Assembly (NCBI GenBank): GCA_965238005.1
Contig: OZ250165.1
Location: 1,376,001-1,440,000 of the forward strand
Direction: 5' to 3'
DNA length: 64,000 nt
Origin: Longimicrobiales bacterium
Lineage (GTDB): Bacteria; Gemmatimonadota; Gemmatimonadetes; Longimicrobiales; Gaopeijiaceae
The notes under the pieces were generated by a model. That model ran no database searches. It was given only the letters and a program-made list of their open reading frames with translations, and had not been told where the DNA came from. Shown here in pieces: positions 10,391 to 20,695 of this stretch (position 1 is its first letter; each line of letters opens with the position of its first letter). A program made the translations under genes and the position numbers.

Positions 10391-10497
10391 GCCACAGGCT
10401 GGCGACAAAGGAGGTGATCCCGACCCCTGTGGCCATGTCCAGGCCCGGTTCCTGCCGCGATGGTAGGCCCTTTAGGCATTCATCCTTCGACCTGGGG
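10391..10497 (+). other. Structured intergenic element containing AAAGGAGGTGATCC (complement of the 16S rRNA 3' tail); possible ncRNA or leader
   Basis: Stem GCCACAGG(10391-98)/CCTGTGGC(10426-33) encloses the motif at 10407-10420; further stems CCAGG/CCTGG and CCTGCC/GGTAGG. Confidence 0.4.
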
Positions 10498-10507
10498 TCT
10501 CAGCGCC

Positions 10508-10867
10508 GTGAGCACCGTGGATCGCGGACGACATTTCGAAGATCTCGCCGAGGCCCTTCTTCGGAATCGAGGGTGGAGGGTAGTGGATCGGAACGTCCGG
10601 TTCCTGCGGAAGGAGATCGATCTCGTCGTAGAGAAGGACGGGCTCGTGGCGTTCGTGGAGGTAAAGGGACGCAGCGGCCCGGCCTTCGGCCATCCCCTGG
10701 AGGCCATCACGTGGCGCAAGCGCCAGGCCATCTCCATGGCGGCTCGCCTTTGGATTGCCCGGAGCCGGGTCGAGGCTCGATCCTATCGATTCGATGCCGT
10801 CTCGGTGTTGTCGGACGGAGCCGGGACCGTCGAAGTGGAGCACATCGAGGGAGCATGGACGGAGTGA
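10508..10867 (+). CDS. yraN: YraN family protein (UPF0102, PD-(D/E)xK fold)
   Basis: GRHFEDLA...RNVR...EIDLV...FVEVK...RFDAV pattern. Confidence 0.92.
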   Translation: MSTVDRGRHFEDLAEALLRNRGWRVVDRNVRFLRKEIDLVVEKDGLVAFVEVKGRSGPAFGHPLEAITWRKRQAISMAARLWIARSRVEARSYRFDAVSVLSDGAGTVEVEHIEGAWTE

Positions 10868-10918
10868 GCCGATAGGGCGAAAACCCGCATAATTCCTACT
10901 TTTTCGCACTGCCAGCCG

Positions 10919-10947
10919 TTGACGCTCCGTGTGAGGCACTCTAACTT
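10919..10947 (+). promoter_or_regulatory. Sigma70-type promoter of the SRP RNA
   Basis: TTGACG, 17-bp spacer, TAACTT, directly upstream of the RNA 5' end. Confidence 0.7.
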
Positions 10948-10952
10948 TCCGG

Positions 10953-11050
10953 TACCCCAGGTCCGTAGGGCGAAAGCTCACGAACTCCGTCAGGACCTTG
11001 CCGGTAGCAGCGGTAAGTGCAGTGATCGTTGCTGCGGGTCGCCTGGGGCA
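10953..11050 (+). ncRNA. ffs: Signal recognition particle RNA (small bacterial type)
   Basis: Closing stem CCCCAGGT/GCCTGGGG; helix-8 symmetric loop CAGG...AGCAG; promoter upstream, T-run downstream; typical position before dnaX. Confidence 0.88.
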
Positions 11051-11105
11051 TTTTTCTTCTAGTGTGGCTCTCCGCCACACCAGCCGGCTCTCGAAGCGTA
11101 CGTCC

Positions 11106-12788
11106 GTGTCCCACACAGCCCTGGCCCGAAAGTATCGCCCGCGGCGATTCGCCGATGTGGCGACTCAAGAGCACGTCTCCGAGACGCTGTGTCGCGCTGT
11201 GGCAGGCGGTCGAGTCGGACACGCCTACCTCTTCTGTGGTCCTCGTGGGGTGGGTAAGACCACCCTCGCTCGCGTCCTCGCTATGGCCCTCAACTGTGCC
11301 CGGCGGGACGACTCGGGTGAGCCCTGTGGCGAGTGTGAGAGCTGCTCCAGAATCTGGAGTGGGCAGACGGCCCTCGATGTGGTCGAGATCGATGCCGCAT
11401 CCAACCGGGGTGTGGACGACGCGCGTCAGCTGCGTGAAAGGGCCATGTACGCCCCGTCACAGGAGGGACGGCACAAAGTCTACATCGTGGACGAGGCGCA
11501 CATGCTCACGCGGGAGGCGTGGAACGCGCTCCTGAAGATCCTCGAGGAGCCGCCGCCCCGGGTGATCTTCGTCTTCGCCACGACCGAGCCGCATAAGATC
11601 CAGCAGACCGCCGCACCCATCCTCTCGCGTTGTCAGCGCTTCGACTTCCGGCGTATTGGCGTTGCTGAAATCATGTCACGCCTCGCGGTTGTGCTCGAAG
11701 GTGAAGGATCCGCGGCGCCCGACGACGCGCTTCGGACCATAGCCCATAAGGCCGACGGGGGGATGCGAGACGCCCTCTCGCTCTTGGACCAGGTCATCGC
11801 ATTGACCGGTGGGGAGATCACCCAAGAGTCCGTGAGGCGGGTGCTCGGCCTGGTGGAGAGCGAGCGTTATCTGGAGTTCATTGACATCCTGGCCAGCCGG
11901 CAGCACGGCGAGGTCTTCGCCTTCGTGGAGCGACTCCTCGACGAAGGCTACGATCTCGTGGAGTTCTACCATGGTCTCGTGGATGTGCTGAGGTCGCTTC
12001 TCCGACTCTCCCTCGGTGGAGACCCACCAGAGCTGGACGGGGAAATCCGGAAGGCATTTGTGGCCCGCCTCAAGCCGTTCCAACCCGCGGACATCATGCG
12101 AATGCTCTCATTGGCTTCGGAGCTAGAGAGCTCCGGAAGCCTCAGGCGCAGCGCGAACCCGCAGATTCTCCTCGAGATGCTCCTTCTCCGGCTCAGCTAC
12201 GTAGATCGCACCGTGACGCTCGAGGAGCTGCTGACGAGTCTCGGTGGGGCGTCACCACCCGCCGATCCGCCTTCAGGAGCTCCGGATGGCGGGGACGCGC
12301 GTTCGTCGGGAAGCTCGGAGGCCGACTTGGCCGAAAGCGCTTTCGATCTCGAGGCCTCGCCCGAGACCGACGAGGGTTCGGAGACGGGGGAAGGCGGTGG
12401 GTCGGCTTCGGTCGTAGCGAGCGCCACCGAGGCTTGGGCCCGTCTCATGGCCGAAGGGAAGGGGATCCCTCCTGGAATGAGGCCCTTCCTGCGGGCGGCC
12501 ATTGTGGGACTCGGTGAGGATGGAGCCCTGGTGGTCGAGCTTCCGGATGGGCCGGGGCTTGAGCGCTTGAGGGAGCAGATGGCGCTGAGGACGATTCAGA
12601 ATGCCCTCGAAGTCCTCATGGGTGAACGACCGGAGATCGTCGTTCGGGCCACGAGTGAGGCGTCGTCGGAGAAGTTGGAGCGAATCACGCCCGAGACCGT
12701 ACGTAGCGACCGGCTGCGAGAGCTGATCCAGCGGGAACCGCTTCTCCAGCACGCGGTAGAAGAACTCGACTTGGAGTTACTGGATTGA
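11106..12788 (+). CDS. dnaX: DNA polymerase III subunit gamma/tau
   Basis: ALARKYRP, GPRGVGKTT, EIDAASN, DEAHML, SRCQRF; GTG start at 11106. Confidence 0.97.
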   Translation: MSHTALARKYRPRRFADVATQEHVSETLCRAVAGGRVGHAYLFCGPRGVGKTTLARVLAMALNCARRDDSGEPCGECESCSRIWSGQTALDVVEIDAASNRGVDDARQLRERAMYAPSQEGRHKVYIVDEAHMLTREAWNALLKILEEPPPRVIFVFATTEPHKIQQTAAPILSRCQRFDFRRIGVAEIMSRLAVVLEGEGSAAPDDALRTIAHKADGGMRDALSLLDQVIALTGGEITQESVRRVLGLVESERYLEFIDILASRQHGEVFAFVERLLDEGYDLVEFYHGLVDVLRSLLRLSLGGDPPELDGEIRKAFVARLKPFQPADIMRMLSLASELESSGSLRRSANPQILLEMLLLRLSYVDRTVTLEELLTSLGGASPPADPPSGAPDGGDARSSGSSEADLAESAFDLEASPETDEGSETGEGGGSASVVASATEAWARLMAEGKGIPPGMRPFLRAAIVGLGEDGALVVELPDGPGLERLREQMALRTIQNALEVLMGERPEIVVRATSEASSEKLERITPETVRSDRLRELIQREPLLQHAVEELDLELLD

Positions 12789-12819
12789 TTGCAACGTGTT
12801 GTAAGGCAAGGACTTGACG

Positions 12820-13137
12820 ATGACGAATCTCCAACAACTCATGCAGATGGGCCAGGAGCTCCAGGCGCGCATGACAAAGCTGCAGGAAGAGTTGTCCACG
12901 CGGGAAATCTCCGCCTCGGCTGGTGGAGGAATGGTCACCGCCACGGTCGACGGGAAGGGTACCGTATCGAGAATCGACATCGACCCCACCGTTGTCGACC
13001 GCGACGACGTCGAGATGCTCGAGGATCTGGTGCTGGCGGCTGTTACCGAGGCGCAAGGCAAGGCTCAGAGCCAGTACGAAGAAGAAATGCGGAAGGCGGC
13101 GGGCGGTATGCCGATCCAGCTTCCGGGCCTGTTCTAA
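12820..13137 (+). CDS. ybaB: YbaB/EbfC nucleoid-associated protein
   Basis: SAGGGMV...DVEMLEDLVLAA; position between dnaX and recR. Confidence 0.95.
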   Translation: MTNLQQLMQMGQELQARMTKLQEELSTREISASAGGGMVTATVDGKGTVSRIDIDPTVVDRDDVEMLEDLVLAAVTEAQGKAQSQYEEEMRKAAGGMPIQLPGLF

Positions 13138-13189
13138 CGGTGGCGCTCGCGGTTCGGCCACCTCTCCCACACGGACCTGCCAGCTCTTA

Positions 13190-13783
13190 GTGTCGGTCAT
13201 TCAGCAGCTTACCTCCGAGTTCTCGCGGCTTCCGGGCGTCGGTCCGAAGACAGCGCAGCGCCTCGTGTACTATCTAATGAAACGGCCCCGCGAAGAGGCG
13301 ATCAGGCTCGCCGCGGCGATCCGAGATGTCGCCGAGCGGATTCGGCCCTGCGTAGCCTGTGGAAACTTCAGTGAAACGGAGCGGTGCGAGATCTGTAGCG
13401 ATCCGAGGCGCGATGGGACGGTGATCTGTGTGGTGGAAGAGGCCTTCGAGGTTGGGGCCATCGAGCGAGCGGGCGAGTACAGAGGCCTCTATCACGTGCT
13501 GGGAGGCCGTCTTTCACCCCTGGACGGGATCGGACCGGAGGAACTGTCCGTGGATCCCCTTCTGGTCCGCATTCGGGAGTCCGGAGGCGCGGTCGAGGAG
13601 GTGATCCTAGCCACCAATTCGAGCGTCGAGGGTGAGGCCACGGCCGTGTACCTGGACGGTCTGATCCGCTCCATGGGTCCTCGCGTGACGCGCCTGGCGA
13701 GGGGCATTCCGGTGGGGAGTGACCTCGAATACGTGGACGGTTCGACCATCGTAGAGGCCCTGACCGGTCGACGGGAGATGTAG
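13190..13783 (+). CDS. recR: Recombination mediator RecR
   Basis: LPGVGPKTAQR, C4 zinc finger, ICVVE, YHVLGG, EGEATA, RLARGIPVG. Confidence 0.97.
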   Translation: MSVIQQLTSEFSRLPGVGPKTAQRLVYYLMKRPREEAIRLAAAIRDVAERIRPCVACGNFSETERCEICSDPRRDGTVICVVEEAFEVGAIERAGEYRGLYHVLGGRLSPLDGIGPEELSVDPLLVRIRESGGAVEEVILATNSSVEGEATAVYLDGLIRSMGPRVTRLARGIPVGSDLEYVDGSTIVEALTGRREM

Positions 13784-13786
13784 GGG

Positions 13787-14089
13787 ATGGACAAACGGCT
13801 TCGAAACGCCGGGTTCGCAGTCCTGGCCGCCGCAGTGGCGGGGGCCATAGCCGCCCTGGTGGTCCGAGATCAGATCCGTCGGCACAGTAGGGACCTGTTC
13901 AGTCGGTCCTTCCTGCGACGCTTGGCCGCCCTCGGCTACATGGCGAAAGCCGAGGCCTCCGTAGACCACGTCAACCTCCTGAAGGACTTCGTAGCGTGGG
14001 AAGCGAGAGGCATGCTTCGCCGTCGTGCGCAGGCGATCATCGGACGCATGGAGGAGGACGCCATGCGCGACGTCCTGCCGGCCCGGTAG
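13787..14089 (+). CDS. Small hypothetical membrane-anchored protein
   Basis: ATG 3 nt after the recR stop; N-terminal hydrophobic helix. Confidence 0.7.
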   Translation: MDKRLRNAGFAVLAAAVAGAIAALVVRDQIRRHSRDLFSRSFLRRLAALGYMAKAEASVDHVNLLKDFVAWEARGMLRRRAQAIIGRMEEDAMRDVLPAR

Positions 14090-14276
14090 GTTGGCCATCT
14101 TGTCTGGTTGTCAGACCTTGACGCGGCCCTTTACCGCCAGGGACGAATGCCTCATCTTCGTCGCCGTCGTAGACGACGCTGAATCCCAACTTGCTCCACC
14201 TGTACGGGCTGAGATCGCGGGGGACCGTTTGGCGGGATTGACCCACTCATACTGCCAGAAACGAGTGTAGCCGATC

Positions 14277-14855
<579 letters not shown>

Positions 14856-14862
14856 GGCGACC

Positions 14863-15504
14863 ATGGACGGGAGCCGCAACCTCCCCAACCTGATCACCAT
14901 CGGGCGGATCTTGGCTTGCCCTGCCATCTTTGCCCTGGCACTGACCCCGTCCGTGGGCGCACGTTTCGTCGCCTTTGTGCTCTTCGTGGTGGCTGGCCTC
15001 TCCGATCTCTGGGACGGCTACCTGGCGCGCAAGCACGGGTGGATCACGGATGTCGGCAAGCTCCTCGATCCGTTGGCGGACAAGCTGCTTCTCCTTTCCA
15101 CGTTCATCCCCTTCTACATTATATCTCACCGTGGGGGAGAGGAGTGGCTGATCCCCTGGTGGGGCATGCTTCCCACGTGGGTCATGATCGTCATCTTCGG
15201 TCGCGAGCTGCTGGTGACCATCTTTCGTCAATGGGCGGCGCGCCGGGATGTGGTCATCGCCGCGGGCCAATCGGGCAAGTACAAGGCGTTCATCCAGAGT
15301 CTCTTTTCAGGGGGTCTGCTTCTGTGGTATCCGCTCCGGGAGAGTGCGGATGCCTGGGGATGGGGTGGCCTTCCTTGGGGAGCGTGGCTGCAGCTTCATT
15401 CGGCGTGGATCGGTGTTACCCTCTGGTTGGCGTTGATTCTCACCGTGTACTCCATGTTCGACTACCTGTGGAGCTATCGTGCGCTGATCGGCGTGCGTGA
15501 CTGA
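14863..15504 (+). CDS. pgsA: CDP-diacylglycerol--glycerol-3-phosphate phosphatidyltransferase
   Basis: NLPNLIT, DLWDGYLARK...GKLLDPLADK. Confidence 0.9.
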   Translation: MDGSRNLPNLITIGRILACPAIFALALTPSVGARFVAFVLFVVAGLSDLWDGYLARKHGWITDVGKLLDPLADKLLLLSTFIPFYIISHRGGEEWLIPWWGMLPTWVMIVIFGRELLVTIFRQWAARRDVVIAAGQSGKYKAFIQSLFSGGLLLWYPLRESADAWGWGGLPWGAWLQLHSAWIGVTLWLALILTVYSMFDYLWSYRALIGVRD

Positions 15505-15510
15505 CTCGGT

Positions 15511-16779
15511 GTGAGTGCGGGTGAAGGCGTACACGCGGTGGTCGTCACTGTCGGCGAAGAGCTGCTCTCCGGCGAGACGGCCGAGACCAACGGTTCATGG
15601 CTCAGCAAGCGGCTGGCCTCTCTGGGCATTCCGGTTACGAAGCGCTGGGTCGTGGGTGACGATCCGGACTCCATCAAGAGCGCGGTATCTGAGGGAGTCC
15701 GGTTGGCGGAGTTGGTTCTGGTCACTGGGGGTCTCGGCCCGACGGCCGACGATCTCACGAGAACGGCCGTAGCCGATCTTTTCGAACTGGACCTCCAGTT
15801 GGATCAGGGTGTGCTCGAGGAGCTGCGGGACCGGTTCCGTGCCCTGGGCTTCGGCGACTTGCCACCGAGCAACGCCGTTCAGGCGCAAGTCCCCCGCGGT
15901 GCCCTGGTAATTCCGAATACGCGCGGCAGCGCGCCAGGCCTCTGGATCGACCGCGAGGGTCGGGTGATCGTGCTTGCCCCAGGCGTCCCTCGCGAGGTAT
16001 ACGAGATGTACGAGTTGGAGATCGAGGACCGCGTTCGTGACCACTTCGGGCCGCGTTTGACCCCCCTGGTCCATCGGACCTTCCACACGACCGGAATCTC
16101 CGAGTCGGTGCTGGGCGAGCGGGTGGACGCCGTCCTCCCGGTGCTGCCCGACGGGGTGACGCTCGCCTCTCTCCCGTATCTGGGGGGCGTGTCGATACGG
16201 ATCTCCACGGCAGGCGCCCCGGAAGAGGCAGGGGAGCGCCTGGACGAGGCCGAGAGCGTCTTGAGCCCGGTCCTGGCGCCATACCGATTCGATGCAGAGA
16301 GCGGGGACCTCGTGGAGGCGTTGGCGGCGGAGCTCGTCCGGCGTGGGTTGTCCCTTGCGGTGGCCGAGAGTTGCACCGGTGGCCTCTTGGCGAAGCGGAT
16401 CACGGACCGCCCGGGATCGTCCGCCTACTTCCGCGGTGGGATCATCGCTTATGCCGACGAGATCAAGGCCGAGATCGTGGGCGTGGGAGGGTCCGTCCTG
16501 GAGGCAGAGGGCGCTGTGTCCGAGGCCGTGGTGGAGGGCATGGCCCGGGGAGTGGCGGAGCGTCTGGCCGCCGACGTCGGCATTGGGATCACCGGCATCG
16601 CGGGGCCCGAGGGAGGCACGGAAGAAAAACCGGTGGGGACGGTATGGTACGGAGTCTCGTACCAGGGGCGGGTGGTGGCCTCCCACAGGGTCTTTCCTGG
16701 CGATCGAGAAGCCATCCGGGAGCTGGCGACACAGGCGGCGCTCAATCTGCTCTTCAAGGAAGTGAGCGGCGAGACTTGA
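15511..16779 (+). CDS. cinA: CinA (MoCF-like domain plus NMN deamidase PncC)
   Basis: GEELLSG, TGGLGPTADD, AESCTGG, GITGIAGP, KPVGTV. Confidence 0.95.
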   Translation: MSAGEGVHAVVVTVGEELLSGETAETNGSWLSKRLASLGIPVTKRWVVGDDPDSIKSAVSEGVRLAELVLVTGGLGPTADDLTRTAVADLFELDLQLDQGVLEELRDRFRALGFGDLPPSNAVQAQVPRGALVIPNTRGSAPGLWIDREGRVIVLAPGVPREVYEMYELEIEDRVRDHFGPRLTPLVHRTFHTTGISESVLGERVDAVLPVLPDGVTLASLPYLGGVSIRISTAGAPEEAGERLDEAESVLSPVLAPYRFDAESGDLVEALAAELVRRGLSLAVAESCTGGLLAKRITDRPGSSAYFRGGIIAYADEIKAEIVGVGGSVLEAEGAVSEAVVEGMARGVAERLAADVGIGITGIAGPEGGTEEKPVGTVWYGVSYQGRVVASHRVFPGDREAIRELATQAALNLLFKEVSGET

Positions 16780-17634
16780 GGCCTTTGGAGGAAGGAGTGC
16801 TCGAGGCGCCCGATGGGGTTCCTCTGCACTGGAGCTGTTGGCAGCCCACGTCGGCCTCCCGAGGCGTCGTGGTGCTGATTCACGGCTATGGAGAGCACAG
16901 TGGGCGCTACGACCTGGTGGCGGAGTTCCTGATCGGAGTCGGCTTCCGTGTGGCGGCCTATGACCAGAGGGGACACGGGCGATCAGGAGGCCGGCCGGCG
17001 TTCGTCTCCCGCTTCGACGAGTTCCTCGCCGACCTGGAGGTCGTACTCGGGAAGGTCGGTATGGAGGCTTCTCCGGGTGCTCGAGTGATCCTCTGGGGAC
17101 AATCCATGGGGGGGCTCGTAGTGCTCCGTTACCTGCAGAGACGCTCCGGCTCCGTTTCGGGAGCGGCAGTCTCCGCCCCATGGCTGGCGACGAAGATGAA
17201 GGTTCCTTGGTGGAAGGTCGCCCGAGCAAGGTACTGAACAGGATCGCGCCATCGGTTCGTATGCCCGTGCGACTCTCTCTCCGGAAACGCTGATGCGCGA
17301 CCCCGAGCGCCAGCGGGCCTACCTCGACGATCCTATGGTGCACCAGTTCGTCACGCCCGGTCTTTACTGGGCAGTCGTCGATGCCCAGAAGCGGGCGTTG
17401 GCCGATCCGGAAGGTGTCGGGGGGCCGGTCCTCTTCCTCATCCCCGACGCGGACCAGGTGGTGGATCCGGAGACGGCCCTACGCTTCGTGCAGCGTGCCT
17501 CAGGGTCGGGAATCGAGACCTGCCGGCTCGAGGCGCTTCGACACGAGCCTCACAATGAACCGGAGAGAGAGGACGTCTTCGCCCTGGTGGGCACGTGGCT
17601 CGACACCAACTTCCCCTTGGCCGGCGAGTCGTGA
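16776..17634 (+). pseudogene. Alpha/beta hydrolase (lysophospholipase-like) with two frameshifts (about 17223 and about 17277)
   Basis: HGYGEH, DQRGHGRS, GQSMGG in the first frame; KVLNRIAP in a second frame; MRDP...HEPHNE in a third. Confidence 0.8.
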
Positions 17635-17742
17635 CCGAGCGGCGTGTTCGACCGCCGGGGCCTCCCACTTGGTCTCAGAAGAAGTAAATTCACCAACACG
17701 TAAGAGGAAGCGTGGTTGATCAGACCCACCAGCGAGACGAAA

Positions 17743-18381
17743 ATGAGCGAGAACGTAGCCGAGAATCCTGAAGGGACGGCTGAGCCGGACGCGGCCGAAG
17801 ACTCCGTAGATTCCGGCCAGGGCGATGGGGTCGGCGTGAACGCGGGCCCGACGGACGGTTCGACACCCGAGGGCCAGGTCTCGCCTGAGGCCCTGGAGGA
17901 ACAGGAGGCCGAAAAGGAGCTGGCCCGGGACCTGGATCACATGCAGGCCGAGCTGACCGCCCTGAACGATCGCCATCTGCGTCTTGCGGCCGAATTCACC
18001 AACTACCGCCGGAGGGCGGAAACCGAGCTCTCGGAGGCGTGGGCGAGGGGGCAGGCCGACCTCCTTCGCAACTTTCTGGACGGCCTGGACGATCTTCAGC
18101 GCGTGGGGGCGTGGCAGCCGGAATCCGCCACCGTAGAAGCCCTCGTAGAGGGAGTGGACCTGGTCGAGCGGAAGTTCCGGCAGGCTCTGGAGCTTGCTGG
18201 GGTAGAGGTGCTCGAGCCCATCGGTGAGGAGTTCGATCCCAACAGCATGGAGGCCATGGTCACCGTATCAACCGAATCGCCGGGTGACGATCATAGGGTC
18301 CAGGACGTATTCCAGAAGGGGTACCTCTTCAAGGGCCACTTGGTGCGTCCCGCTCGGGTCAGCGTCTACAAGCACGAGTAG
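17743..18381 (+). CDS. grpE: Nucleotide exchange factor GrpE
   Basis: RLAAEFTNYRRR, GEEFDP, QKGY...RPARV. Confidence 0.95.
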   Translation: MSENVAENPEGTAEPDAAEDSVDSGQGDGVGVNAGPTDGSTPEGQVSPEALEEQEAEKELARDLDHMQAELTALNDRHLRLAAEFTNYRRRAETELSEAWARGQADLLRNFLDGLDDLQRVGAWQPESATVEALVEGVDLVERKFRQALELAGVEVLEPIGEEFDPNSMEAMVTVSTESPGDDHRVQDVFQKGYLFKGHLVRPARVSVYKHE

Positions 18382-18402
18382 CCCAAGGACAGCGGAGAAT
18401 TC

Positions 18403-19524
18403 GTGTCGACTGCGACCAAGGACTTCTACAAGACCCTCGGGGTCTCGGACAAAGCGAGTCAGGACGAGATCAAGAAGACGTACCGTAGGCTCGCCAAGAA
18501 GTACCATCCCGACGCGAATCCGGGGGATGCCAAGTCAGCCGGGCGCTTCAAGGAGGTCGGAGAGGCCTACGGCGTGCTGTCCGATCCGGATAAGCGCAAG
18601 CAGTATGACAACATGCGGCGACTCTCGAGCTTCGGCTTCGGCAGGGGACGGGAGGCACCCAGGGGAGGTGGTTCCGAGACTCAGCCGGGGGGTGGCTTTT
18701 CCTTCGAGGATCTCCAGGGGTTTGGAGGTCTCGGCGATATCTTCAGCTCGATATTCGATCGCGGGTCGACGGGGCCTGATTCGCCCAAGCCGAAGGGACC
18801 GAGAAAGGGACAGAACGTCGAGTACGTGGTGGAGATCTCCTTCAAAACCGCCGTCCACGGCGGAAAGATCTCCATCGAAGTTCCCATCACGGAGGAGTGC
18901 GCCACCTGTGGTGGGTCGGGAGCTTCACCAGGGACCGGGACCAAGCGCTGCACCGAGTGCTCCGGGAGCGGGTCCATCTCGTTCGGGCAGGGTGGCTTTG
19001 CGGTCAACCGACCTTGTCCGGCCTGTTTCGGGCGGGGCCGCATTCCCGAGAAGCCGTGTAAGTCGTGTGCCGGCAGCGGGTCGGTCCGTCAGGACCGCAG
19101 GATCCAGATCACTGTGCCGAAGGGTGTGGAGACGGGATCGAAGATCCGGGCGTCGGGCCAGGGAGAGCGAGGCAGTCAGGGTGGAAAGCCTGGGGATCTC
19201 ATGATCACCTTCAAGGTCAAGCCCCACGACTTCTTCCAGCGAGAGGGGCTCGACATCCATGTGACGGTGCCGATCAACCTGGCGCAGGCCACCTTGGGAT
19301 CGAAGATGGCGGTAAAGACCGTGGATGGGAAAAAGGTTCATTTCCGCATCCCGCCCGGTACCCAGAGCGGGACTAAGTTCCGTATTCGCGGACAGGGCGT
19401 GGAGAAGGGTGGGCGCGTCGGCGATCAGTACCTCGAGGTGATGGTGGATATTCCCGAGGAGCTCACTGAAGAGCAACAGCAGGCCATGGAGGTCTTCGCG
19501 TCCTCATCGGGCCTGAAGCACTAG
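18403..19524 (+). CDS. dnaJ: Chaperone DnaJ
   Basis: J domain with HPD, G/F-rich region, four CxxCxGxG repeats. Confidence 0.97.
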   Translation: MSTATKDFYKTLGVSDKASQDEIKKTYRRLAKKYHPDANPGDAKSAGRFKEVGEAYGVLSDPDKRKQYDNMRRLSSFGFGRGREAPRGGGSETQPGGGFSFEDLQGFGGLGDIFSSIFDRGSTGPDSPKPKGPRKGQNVEYVVEISFKTAVHGGKISIEVPITEECATCGGSGASPGTGTKRCTECSGSGSISFGQGGFAVNRPCPACFGRGRIPEKPCKSCAGSGSVRQDRRIQITVPKGVETGSKIRASGQGERGSQGGKPGDLMITFKVKPHDFFQREGLDIHVTVPINLAQATLGSKMAVKTVDGKKVHFRIPPGTQSGTKFRIRGQGVEKGGRVGDQYLEVMVDIPEELTEEQQQAMEVFASSSGLKH

Positions 19525-20695
19525 CGCCCCGCTCCGCCATCGACCGGCGGGCGGCGTCGAGAGAGGTAGCGCCGGCTATCCCGTCGGTGCACAGACTTCC
19601 AGCTCCACACCCCTCAATCGCCCGCGCGATGCGACCGCCGCCAAGGACCCGCTCCTCGTCGAAAAAGACCGCTGACTGCCCGGGGGTTACGGCGTGCTGA
19701 GGCTCGTCGAAGGCGAGCACAATGCTCTCCCCCACGGAAAGAGCCAGGGCAGAAACGTCCGGAGCACGATACCTGATCTGTACGCGGATGCGTGAACCCT
19801 CGGGAGGAGGCAGGCCCAACCAGTTGACCTCTCTTATCGCGACGCCGGGTGAGAGGCACTCCTCACGGGTGCCCACGACCACCTCCCTGGTGTCTGCACG
19901 GATTTCGATGACGTAGAGCGGCTCGTCGAACCCGCCACCGAGACCCTTGCGCTGCCCTACGGTGAAGTTCGCATAGCCACTGTGCTCGCCCAGGACCTCG
20001 CCACTCGAGGTCACCAGGAGGCCGGGCTCCAGCGCGGGGTGCGTCGAGCGGAGTCGGGTGCTCAAGAGATCCCTGTAGTCACCCGTGGGAACGAAGCAGA
20101 TCTCTTGGGACTCGGGCTTGTCCGCGGTCGTGAGGGCGAGCTCTCGCGCCAGCTCCCGCACCCGGGGCTTGGTGAGCTCCCCGAGGGGGAAGTGGAGTAG
20201 AGGGAGCATCTCCTTCGGAAGTCCCCACAGGAAGTACGACTGATCCTTTCCGCGGTCGATCCCACGGTGAAGGGTGGAGTCGCCCGAGGCCAGGTGCTCG
20301 ATCCGGACGTAGTGTCCCGACGCGATGCCGTCGCAACCCAGCGCACGTCCCCGCTCCATCAGGTCCTGGAACTTCGTGTTGGAGTTGCAGCGAACGCAGG
20401 GGTTGGGCGTGCGACCCCGGGCGTACTCCGAGACGAAGTCGTCGATCACGTCCCGGGTGAAGTCCTCCTCGACGTCGAAAACGTAGTGGGGCATACCCAG
20501 AGTGTCGGCGACCCGGCGAGCGTCTGCGATGCCATCCAACCCGCAGCACGTCTTGGACGGGGCATCCCTCTCGGAGTAGCAGAATGTCTTCATGGTGGCG
20601 CCCACAACCTCGTGACCGGCCTGAACCAGCAAGGCCGCCGCCACGGACGAATCGACGCCACCCGACATGGCGACCAGGATGCGCTTGGTCTTCAT
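19463..20695 (-). CDS. mnmA: tRNA 2-thiouridylase MnmA
   Basis: [43 protein letters not shown]. Confidence 0.96.
   Translation of the reverse strand: MKTKRILVAMSGGVDSSVAAALLVQAGHEVVGATMKTFCYSERDAPSKTCCGLDGIADARRVADTLGMPHYVFDVEEDFTRDVIDDFVSEYARGRTPNPCVRCNSNTKFQDLMERGRALGCDGIASGHYVRIEHLASGDSTLHRGIDRGKDQSYFLWGLPKEMLPLLHFPLGELTKPRVRELARELALTTADKPESQEICFVPTGDYRDLLSTRLRSTHPALEPGLLVTSSGEVLGEHSGYANFTVGQRKGLGGGFDEPLYVIEIRADTREVVVGTREECLSPGVAIREVNWLGLPPPEGSRIRVQIRYRAPDVSALALSVGESIVLAFDEPQHAVTPGQSAVFFDEERVLGGGRIARAIEGCGAGSLCTDGIAGATSLDAARRSMAERGASASGPMRTRRPPWPAVALQ

Noticed and set aside
10407..10420. 16S rRNA gene fragment on the minus strand
   Set aside because: Match ends after 14 nt and the flanks do not continue as rRNA
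11106..12788. Programmed frameshift producing the DnaX gamma subunit
   Set aside because: No A-AAA-AAG or long A-run slippery site seen
14140..14230. Degraded mglB remnant (CLIFVAVVDD...)
   Set aside because: Resemblance too weak to support without an alignment
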